A stretch of 62,767 bases of DNA from Synergistaceae bacterium (GTDB lineage: Bacteria > Synergistota > Synergistia > Synergistales > 79-D21). The notes under the pieces were generated by a model. The model was given only the letters and a program-made list of their open reading frames with translations, made no database searches and had not been told where the DNA came from. The stretch is taken from NCBI GenBank assembly GCA_029267465.1, contig JAJUIT010000002.1:1-62767 (forward strand), read 5' to 3'. The translations under genes and the position numbers were made by a program. Of the stretch, positions 7,318-14,940 are shown piece after piece. How positions within the stretch are numbered: position 1 is the stretch's first letter; each line of letters starts with the position of its first letter.

Positions 7318-8652
7318 ATGACCGTGGAAATGAACCAAAAAGATAGGGCCTTGGCCATCGACATCGGCGACACCTACCTGTTTGCGATGATTTCCAACGC
7401 ACCCCTGTCCCGAGCGGTCCTCGTGAAAAACCCGCTCGACCGTGCAGCGATCGACCGGGCACGGCGTTCCATGCAGTCGGACCCCGAGAAATTCCACTCG
7501 GAAATGGGGCGCATCGCCTCCTGCGTGGACGCGACCTGCGACCTGGTCCTGAGAAAATGCCTGGAGTGGCAGGTTGGTTCGATCGCCATCGGCACCCGCT
7601 CCATCAAGAACCCGTTCTCCATCCGCCCCCGGGCCCTCCGGGACAATCCGCTCCTCAACCTGAGCCTTCACTTGCTGAGCACGCTTCGTTTCCGTTGCGC
7701 CCTGGCAAGGATCGACGTCCACCTCGTCGATGAAACGAATACCAGCCGCATCGACGCCCTCGGCCTGGAACCCGTTGCGGGGACTGGAAGCCGAAGGAAA
7801 GACCGGGCGACGGGCCGCCTGACACGAAAGGAGTACCATAGCACCACGGGCGCTGCGATCCACCGGGATATCAACGCCGCCATCAACATCGGGAGGCTGG
7901 TTTTCGGGGATTCCTTCGCGGAGCCCATCCTCCGGGGGCGCCAGTGGGAGCACCCGGAGGTGGAGTTTATCGAGATCGAAAGCCCGGCCCAGGAGGTCCG
8001 CTCAAAGGCCTTTTCCCGGCGTCTCGCGGCCGAGGAGGTCGACAGCCTCGTGGCCGAACTTGCCGGGATCGCCCTCGAGGAGGCTCGGGATGCTTTCCTC
8101 CGGCAAAAGCTGGAGGAAAGCCTGGCCGGGCTTATCCACACCGGACTGGATTTCGGCCAGCTCGACAAGGAGTCGGCACTTCAGGCGGAGACCGTTCGCG
8201 GGCTCAACACGAAGCGGCTCAGAAGGTACCTGAAGCGACGAAGGGACCTGGAGGAAAACGCCAGGAAGCTAGGACTCGTCGTGTCCAGGAGGGCGAAAAA
8301 GGTCCTCGTCGAATGGGAGCCCGGCGAAGAGGAGGTTCTCCAGGCCGAGGGAGAAGCCCTGGCGCTGGAGGCCGAGAAGGGAGGGGCCCGTTCGCTCCTG
8401 TCAGCCGCCCTTTCGCTGCAATCCCGAAGCGAGGCCCGGGCCGCCCGCAGGGAAACCCTTGAAAAGATCCTCACCGAGCAGGTCCAGGCGGGCACCACGT
8501 ATCGCCTGGATTCCCCGCCGGCCCGCGTCCGGTTCATCCGCACCCGCCGGGACACCTACGCCTTCCCCGACATCCTGGAGGTCCTGCCTCCGAGTGCGAG
8601 GCCCTACCTGGTCGAGACGCCCGCCCGAAAACCGGTCCCGGTCAGCGGCTGA
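7318..8652 (+). CDS. TnpB/Cas12-like RuvC-fold protein. It lacks the N-terminal WED/REC region, Zn-finger cysteines and RuvC-II Glu, and carries a ~245-aa charged helical C-terminal extension
   Basis: Motifs in TnpB order: 'ALAIDIGD', 'IDVHLVDETNTSRI', 'IHRDINAAINIGR'. Third-position GC and a non-R/G/P composition support real coding. Start is uncertain (ATG 7318, GTG 7324 or ATG 7330 after GGGGAGG); the track start 7300 lies inside the terminator tail. Confidence 0.6.
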   Translation: MTVEMNQKDRALAIDIGDTYLFAMISNAPLSRAVLVKNPLDRAAIDRARRSMQSDPEKFHSEMGRIASCVDATCDLVLRKCLEWQVGSIAIGTRSIKNPFSIRPRALRDNPLLNLSLHLLSTLRFRCALARIDVHLVDETNTSRIDALGLEPVAGTGSRRKDRATGRLTRKEYHSTTGAAIHRDINAAINIGRLVFGDSFAEPILRGRQWEHPEVEFIEIESPAQEVRSKAFSRRLAAEEVDSLVAELAGIALEEARDAFLRQKLEESLAGLIHTGLDFGQLDKESALQAETVRGLNTKRLRRYLKRRRDLEENARKLGLVVSRRAKKVLVEWEPGEEEVLQAEGEALALEAEKGGARSLLSAALSLQSRSEARAARRETLEKILTEQVQAGTTYRLDSPPARVRFIRTRRDTYAFPDILEVLPPSARPYLVETPARKPVPVSG

Positions 8653-9523
8653 CCTGCCAGACGCCCGCAGTGATCAGAGCCGCCCCCAGGATCATGGCCG
8701 CAGAAACGGGTTCGCCCAGACCTGAAACCGCAAGAAGGGTGGCAGATACCGGGTTGAGGTACATCAGGACCCCCGCCTGCGAAGCGGGAAGGATTTTCAG
8801 TGCGTCGTACCAGAAAACGTAGGCCAGCCCCGAGCAGAAAATCCCCAGGAAAAGGACGGACACCCACGCCTGGAAGTTCATCCGGAGAATCGTCCCCAGG
8901 TCTCCCTTCACCGCGAACAGGGCGGTTGTCATGAGCCATCCGGCGAGCATGACCTTGAGCATCATGGGGGCCGGCTCGTGCCGCTTGAGAAAATTGCGGG
9001 ACATGACGCTGAAGACGGCCCAGTTGAGGGCGCTCAGGAGAACGAGGAGGTCTCCGAAAGAACCGGGGTTCGAAAAGCGCAGGCGGCCAGGATCCCCCCT
9101 TGTGACGACGAGAAGGACGCCGCAGGCGCCGCAGGCCAGGCCGAACCAGCGGCGGAAGGACATTTTCTCTCCTAGGAACAGGCTTCCCAGGATCGCGATG
9201 AAAACGGGCATGCTGGAAATGATCCAGGCCGACGTCGCGGCCTGGGCGGTTTTCAGTCCCGTGCTCTGAACGAGATGGTGAAACGGGACACCGAGAAACC
9301 CGAGGAGGACGACAAGCCCCCATTCCCGAGCCGATAGGGGGTCCTTTTCCCTGCGGAGGGCAGAAAAACCCCAGAGCACCGCCGTTCCGAGCCCGAAGCG
9401 CAGCCAGACGAGAGGAAGCGGGGTCAGGGTCCGGAGGGCCACCTTGATGGCCACGAACGATGCCCCCCAGGAAACCGCCGCGGCGATTCCGGCAGCCAGG
9501 GCCTTCCTCCTTTTCCGTTCCAT
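8642..9523 (-). CDS. EamA/DMT-family transporter
   Basis: 10-TM-like ORF with two EamA repeats. Start trimmed to 'MERKRRKALAAGIAAAVSWGASFVAIK', with GAGGAGGG upstream. Confidence 0.8.
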   Translation of the reverse strand: MERKRRKALAAGIAAAVSWGASFVAIKVALRTLTPLPLVWLRFGLGTAVLWGFSALRREKDPLSAREWGLVVLLGFLGVPFHHLVQSTGLKTAQAATSAWIISSMPVFIAILGSLFLGEKMSFRRWFGLACGACGVLLVVTRGDPGRLRFSNPGSFGDLLVLLSALNWAVFSVMSRNFLKRHEPAPMMLKVMLAGWLMTTALFAVKGDLGTILRMNFQAWVSVLFLGIFCSGLAYVFWYDALKILPASQAGVLMYLNPVSATLLAVSGLGEPVSAAMILGAALITAGVWQVSR

Positions 9524-9602
9524 GGGTTTTCCCTCCTCTGCAGGGCCATTATCGGCATTGACCCCGGGGAGGCGCAAGGGAATTTCATGCTAAACTCAAG
9601 AC

Positions 9603-10484
9603 ATGGCAGAATCCGGAAAACCCGTTCTCAATCCAGTGATCGCGCTTACCGTTGGCATCGCGGCCATTTCGACCGGAGCCATCTTCGCCCGGGTCGCGGA
9701 AGCTCCCGCTCTCACCATTGCCGCCTATCGGGTCGGCCTGGCGACGCTGGTTCTGGCGCCCTTCTGTTCCCGAAAATGCCCGAAAGAGCTTTCCGCCCTC
9801 CATCATGGGGATTGGCTGTCCGTCCTGGGAGCAGGTTTCTTCCTGGCGGTGCATTTCGGCACCTGGATCGCTTCCCTGGGCTATACCTCTGTTGCGAGCA
9901 GTGTCGTTCTCGTGGAAACCATCCCCCTCTGGGTTGGGATCCTGACCCCGCTGGTGACCGGGGAACGGCCCGGGAAGGCCACCCTTGCGGGAATTGCCCT
10001 GAGCTTCACCGGGGGCGTCCTGATCGGGGCGGGCGATTTCGCCCTCGGCGGCCGCGCCCTTCTTGGAGATGCCCTCGCACTTGCGGGAGGGTTTTCCGGG
10101 GCCCTGTACATCATGCTGGGGCGCAGGGTGCGCCCCAGGCTTTCTCTTTTGGGTTACGTGACGACCTGTTACGGGACAGCCGGAGTTCTCCTCTGGATCC
10201 TGGTCCTCGCCTCGAGAACTCCCTTCACCGGATTTTCGGCGCCAACCTGGCGGGCTTTCGCCGGCATGGCCCTGATCCCCCAGGTCATCGGCCACTCTTC
10301 CTACAACTGGGCCCTCCGCTGGTTCTCAGCGAGCACGGTCGCCGTCTGCCTTCTGGGAGAACCGATCGGAAGCACCCTTCTGGCCTGGATCTTCTTCGGT
10401 GAAACCCTGACTCCCTGGAAAACCGCAGGCGGCGCGCTCATCCTGGCCGGGATCGTTCTGGCCGCCCGGGGCGAAAAAAGCTAG
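9603..10484 (+). CDS. EamA/DMT-family transporter
   Basis: 293-aa polytopic ORF divergent from the previous one. Typical EamA repeat architecture. Confidence 0.8.
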   Translation: MAESGKPVLNPVIALTVGIAAISTGAIFARVAEAPALTIAAYRVGLATLVLAPFCSRKCPKELSALHHGDWLSVLGAGFFLAVHFGTWIASLGYTSVASSVVLVETIPLWVGILTPLVTGERPGKATLAGIALSFTGGVLIGAGDFALGGRALLGDALALAGGFSGALYIMLGRRVRPRLSLLGYVTTCYGTAGVLLWILVLASRTPFTGFSAPTWRAFAGMALIPQVIGHSSYNWALRWFSASTVAVCLLGEPIGSTLLAWIFFGETLTPWKTAGGALILAGIVLAARGEKS

Positions 10485-11536
10485 AAAGGGCTCCTGGAAG
10501 GGTGCTCTCCCCTCCCGTAGGCACGGTGGATCGCCAGCAGGTCGGACAGGAGCGCCTGCCCGGTTTCGATGCGTCCGGCCCCCGGTCCCACGATCGTGAT
10601 GTCACCGAGATGGTCCGTCGTGTACGTGATGGCGTTCATCGCGCCCATGATTCCCGCCAGGGGACGCGTGAGCGGAACCGCCACGGGGGCAACCAGGGCC
10701 TTGACGCGGTCCTTTTCCCGGTAGACCTCCGCCACCAGCTTGATGCGCTTGCCCCTGGAAAGGGCGGTCTGGATCATTTCGGGGCTGACTTCCGTGATTC
10801 CCGTTCGTTCCACGTCCTCCAGCTCCAGCGTCGCGTCCATGAACAGGACCGCCATGATGCAGGCCTTTACCGCCGCGTCCCACCCCTCCACGTCGGCAGT
10901 CGGGTCCGCTTCGGCAATCCCGATCCGCTGGGCCTCTGCAAGCGCTTCCTCGTAGGTTTTTCCCTTTTCCATCTCGGTCAGGATGAAGTTGGTGGTGCCG
11001 TTGACAATCCCCTGAACGTGCTGAATGTCGCACCCGGCCAGGGTTTCCCTGACCAGGTTCAGCGCCGGTGTCCCGCTCATGATCACGCCCTCGTAGCGGA
11101 ACGCAACCCCGCTTCCCTCGGCCAGGGCCGTCAGCTCTGACATTGCCCGGACCAGGGGCCCCTTGTTGGAGGTCACGACGTGCTTCTTCGCCTTCAGGGC
11201 GGTGCGGATATGGGTCAAACCGGGCTCCCCGCGCACGAGGCTGGTGGGGGTGGTTTCTACAAGGATGTCCGTATGGGGGCTCTTGATGGCTTCAAGCGGA
11301 TCGATCATCCGGGCTCCCTCGCATCCCCAGAACCCCCCGTCCCTTTCCATGGCTTCCAGCAGCATCGCTGGGTCGAGCCCCTGATCGTTGGCCAGGCACC
11401 CCCGCCGGGCCGTGACAACCGAAGTGATCCGGAATCCGAAACCGTATTTCGCGGCAAGCCGCTCCCTCTTGTCTGCGAGGATGCGGGCAAGGCCCTGGGC
11501 GACATTGCCGAATCCCACCAGGCAAATGTTCCACAT
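10481..11536 (-). CDS. hom: Homoserine dehydrogenase
   Basis: 'MWNICLVGFGNVAQGLARIL' NAD-binding N-terminus and a homoserine-DH catalytic region. Start trimmed to ATG 11536; the track N-terminus overlaps the AOR gene. Confidence 0.85.
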   Translation of the reverse strand: MWNICLVGFGNVAQGLARILADKRERLAAKYGFGFRITSVVTARRGCLANDQGLDPAMLLEAMERDGGFWGCEGARMIDPLEAIKSPHTDILVETTPTSLVRGEPGLTHIRTALKAKKHVVTSNKGPLVRAMSELTALAEGSGVAFRYEGVIMSGTPALNLVRETLAGCDIQHVQGIVNGTTNFILTEMEKGKTYEEALAEAQRIGIAEADPTADVEGWDAAVKACIMAVLFMDATLELEDVERTGITEVSPEMIQTALSRGKRIKLVAEVYREKDRVKALVAPVAVPLTRPLAGIMGAMNAITYTTDHLGDITIVGPGAGRIETGQALLSDLLAIHRAYGRGEHPSRSPF

Positions 11537-11538
11537 GG

Positions 11539-13371
11539 TTACTTCTCCCCTTTCTCCAGGATGGACTCCCTGAAGCCCTCCGCCAGGCCCAGGCGTTTCA
11601 GGGTCGATTCCCTGGGGTGTCCCTGGGCATCCCAGCCCCGCAGGGAGTAATAATCGTCCAGCATCAGCTTCAGGTCCCAAACCGTCAGCGAAACGGCCGT
11701 TTTCCCCTGGGGCGGCATGGGCAGGGGCTCCCTGAGGAGCCTTGGCGGAAGGGTGTCCTGGGTGCCTTCCGGCCCGGCATGCCTGAGGTTGAACAGCCTG
11801 GCCAGGTTCCATACTCTTTCTCCGATCTCAAGGTACCCCGATTCGTCCAGTTCGATCCCGCTGGCGGCCTTGAGCCCTTTCAGGGCATCCTCCGTTTCCA
11901 TGGGGAGAAAATCGCAAACCACGAGAGAATAGGCCGCGGCACGGTCATCCTGCAGGTTCTTGACGATCCTGGCGGTCCCTTCGGCGGAGAACCGCTCGAC
12001 CGCCCCATCGATCTCGGGCATGACCGTCCAGGCGCGCTGGTGGCATCCGCCCCGGTCCGCTGTCGCGTAAGCCAGGGCCATTCCCCAGCTCGATCGAGGG
12101 TCGTACCCCGGAAGCTCCAGCCCCTTCACTTGGACAGCCAGTTCCCAGGCCTCCACGCCGATTGCTTCGGACGCCTTCCTTGACCCCTCCGCCAGGAGGT
12201 TTCCGATCCCTTCACGCCTGGCGATGGCTTCCAGAAGCCTCACCTGCCCGGCGGCGTCCCCGAACTCGGGGACTTCTTCGAGCAGGCCCCGGGATGCGGC
12301 ATCCATGGCAAAGGCCGCCACGCCGCCCGCCGAGATCACGTCCATCCCCATGTCGTTGCAGACAGCGATGGCCCGGGCCACGTCCTCCACGTCGGTCAGA
12401 CCGCAGGAGGCCCCCAGCAGGGCCAGCGCCTCGTATTCGACCTTCACGTCGCGCCCTTCCGAGGCCATCACGCGCCCGCAGACGATGGGGCAGTTGAAGC
12501 AGCCCGCGTCCCTTCTCGCATGGTAGCGGAGGTTCGCGCCGTTGAGAGCATGGGCGTTTTCCAGGAAGCCCTTGCGGAAATTGAAGCAGGGGAGAATTCC
12601 CGTGCGGTTCATCGGTTCCACGAGGGCAGCGGTCCCGAGAACCCGAAGGCTGTGGACCCCCGGATTTTTCATCACCCGCTCGAGGAGGTCCTTCACGAGG
12701 ACCTTCATTCCTGCCTCGTCCGCCAGTGGGATCGGTTTGGAGCCCTTCAGCGCCACGGCCTTCAGGTTCTTGGAGCCCATGACGGCCCCGGCGCCTCCCC
12801 TGCCCGCCATCCCCGCCCGCCAGGGATCGGCGTCGCAATCGATGGCGATGGAGGCAAAACGGACGAGGTTCTCGCCGGCCGGGCCGATGGAGGCCACGTG
12901 CGCCTTGGGGTCGGTTTCCTCCCGAACCCCGCGCACGGTTTCTTCGACCCCCTTTCCCCAGAAGTCCGCCGCCTCACGCAATTCGGCCTTTCCGTCGCAA
13001 AGCCACAGGTAGACCGGGACATCCGCCCGGCCCGTGAAAACGATCCCGTCGTAGCCGGCCTTTCTGAGGAAAGGAGCAAAGTGCCCGCCGGCATGGCTGT
13101 CAAGCCAAAGCCCCGTGAGGGGGGAACGGGTAGCGACGGTGAAACGGCCGGAGGTCGGGAAGGGCGTACCGGTAAGAGGTCCGGTCAAGAAGCAGAGCGG
13201 GTTGCCGGAATCCAGCGGATCGCCACCAGGAGTGGACAGTTCGTCAAGAAGCGCGATCCCGAGCCCCTTGCCTCCCAGGAAACGGCTCACGGCAGAAGCG
13301 GTAAGGAAACGGTCCCGAATCGTTCCGGACGCGAGGTCCACAAAAAGCAGTCTTCCAAACACGGCCATCAC
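11539..13371 (-). CDS. aor: Aldehyde:ferredoxin oxidoreductase (tungstopterin AOR family)
   Basis: 610 aa. AOR N-domain 'FLGGKGLG', Fe-S Cys motif 'CFNCPIVCGR', 'TADRGGCHQRAW'. Confidence 0.9.
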   Translation of the reverse strand: MMAVFGRLLFVDLASGTIRDRFLTASAVSRFLGGKGLGIALLDELSTPGGDPLDSGNPLCFLTGPLTGTPFPTSGRFTVATRSPLTGLWLDSHAGGHFAPFLRKAGYDGIVFTGRADVPVYLWLCDGKAELREAADFWGKGVEETVRGVREETDPKAHVASIGPAGENLVRFASIAIDCDADPWRAGMAGRGGAGAVMGSKNLKAVALKGSKPIPLADEAGMKVLVKDLLERVMKNPGVHSLRVLGTAALVEPMNRTGILPCFNFRKGFLENAHALNGANLRYHARRDAGCFNCPIVCGRVMASEGRDVKVEYEALALLGASCGLTDVEDVARAIAVCNDMGMDVISAGGVAAFAMDAASRGLLEEVPEFGDAAGQVRLLEAIARREGIGNLLAEGSRKASEAIGVEAWELAVQVKGLELPGYDPRSSWGMALAYATADRGGCHQRAWTVMPEIDGAVERFSAEGTARIVKNLQDDRAAAYSLVVCDFLPMETEDALKGLKAASGIELDESGYLEIGERVWNLARLFNLRHAGPEGTQDTLPPRLLREPLPMPPQGKTAVSLTVWDLKLMLDDYYSLRGWDAQGHPRESTLKRLGLAEGFRESILEKGEK

Positions 13372-13467
13372 CTCCTGTCAGGGGAATGATAGCATGTTAA
13401 AGCTCCATAAGAAAAGAAACTGCTAGAATAGCGTCATCAAGAAAAGATTTTTCAGGAGGCGATCGAT

Positions 13468-14940
13468 GTGGAAGTTCGGGCGATCGAGATCACCCTGGGA
13501 AGCTGGCCGTGCGATTTCCTGGCCGCGGCGGTTTTCGAGGACGACTGGAGCACTCTGGAACGGTTGGAAACCGGCTGGACGGAACGGCTGAAATCCCTGG
13601 CGGAAAAGCGAGCCTACAAGGGCAAGGCGGGGGAAGTCCTGATTCTCCCCATGCCCGGTGAGCCCACGCTGGCGATGGTGGGGCTGGGCAAAAGGGGTCC
13701 GCTTGGGCAGGAAACCGTGAGGCAGGCGGCCGGCGAGATCGTGCGGGCCGCTCTTCGGGACCGGGGACCGCGGGTCCTGTTCGTTCTGCCGGAAACCCCG
13801 GGGTGGGCCCTATCAAAGGCCGCCGCGGAGGGAGCCCTCCTGGCAAGCTACAGCTTCGAGAAATACCGCGGCCGGGGCGAGGACGAACCGCCGCGTTTCG
13901 AAGTGGAGACCCTGCTGCTGGCTGACGGGGATGAAGCGGGACTTCAAACCGGGGCGATCCTGGGAGAGGCCCAGAACTACGCCCGCGACCTTGCCAACGA
14001 ACCAGGCAACGTCATCACCCCGGAATCGCTGGCGGAAACCGCCAGAAGGGTCTCCGAGGAATCGGGGCTCGAGTGCACCGTCTTCGACGACGAAGCGATC
14101 CGCCAGATGGGAATGGAAGCCCTTTGGAGTGTCGGAAAAGGCTCGAAGAACAAGCCCCGCCTCATCCACCTGTCCTGGAAGCCGGGGGAGGCCGCGCGAG
14201 AGCGGATCGCCCTGGTCGGGAAAGGGCTGACGTTCGACAGCGGAGGGCTGAACATCAAGACCGGCGATTTCATGAGGACCATGAAAGGCGACAAGTCCGG
14301 GGCCTGCGCAGTCCTGGCTGCCATGAGCGCCGTCAGCGCCCTGAGGCTGCCCCTGGAGGTCCACGGGCTGATCGGAGCGGCCGAGAACATGCCGGGAGGG
14401 GATGCGTACCGTCCCGACGACATCCTTCGGGCGAAGAACGGCAAAACGATCGAGATCGACAACACGGATGCCGAGGGGCGCCTGACCCTGGCGGATGTTC
14501 TCTGCTACGCCAGCGATCTCGAACCGGCTGTCTTGCTGGATATCGCCACCCTCACGGGATCCTGCCACATCGCCCTTGGAGACTACACCGGGGGCCTTTT
14601 TTCGCCCGACGAAACGCTCGTTGATCAGCTCATGGAGGCTTCCCGCCTTTCCGGCGAGCGTCTCTGGCCTTTCCCCATGGATGACGAGCGGCTTCGCAAA
14701 AAATTGAAATCAGACGTCGCCGACCTGGTGAACGCCGGCAGCCGGTACGGCGGGGCCATCTTCGCCGCCATGTTCCTGCAGGAATTCGTGAAGAAGGGCA
14801 TTGCCTGGGCCCATATTGACATGGCCGGCACCGATCACAGCAAGGAGGAGTACGGCTACGTTCCGAAGGGCTTTACGGGGTTCGGGACACGGACAATGCT
14901 GGAATTTCTCCTTAACCGGGCGGGAAGGACCGGAGCATGA
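13468..14940 (+). CDS. pepA: Leucyl aminopeptidase (M17)
   Basis: 'NTDAEGRLTLAD' signature and 'VGKGLTFDSGG'. GTG start with AGGAGG 8 nt upstream. Confidence 0.9.
   Translation: MEVRAIEITLGSWPCDFLAAAVFEDDWSTLERLETGWTERLKSLAEKRAYKGKAGEVLILPMPGEPTLAMVGLGKRGPLGQETVRQAAGEIVRAALRDRGPRVLFVLPETPGWALSKAAAEGALLASYSFEKYRGRGEDEPPRFEVETLLLADGDEAGLQTGAILGEAQNYARDLANEPGNVITPESLAETARRVSEESGLECTVFDDEAIRQMGMEALWSVGKGSKNKPRLIHLSWKPGEAARERIALVGKGLTFDSGGLNIKTGDFMRTMKGDKSGACAVLAAMSAVSALRLPLEVHGLIGAAENMPGGDAYRPDDILRAKNGKTIEIDNTDAEGRLTLADVLCYASDLEPAVLLDIATLTGSCHIALGDYTGGLFSPDETLVDQLMEASRLSGERLWPFPMDDERLRKKLKSDVADLVNAGSRYGGAIFAAMFLQEFVKKGIAWAHIDMAGTDHSKEEYGYVPKGFTGFGTRTMLEFLLNRAGRTGA

Noticed and set aside
7318-8652. 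Annotating the TnpB-like gene as an IS200/IS605 mobile element
   Set aside because: There is no tnpA and no right-end structure (the 3' end overlaps eamA). The N-terminal half of TnpB is absent and catalytic and Zn residues are lost. I kept it as a CDS and a finding, not as a mobile_element.
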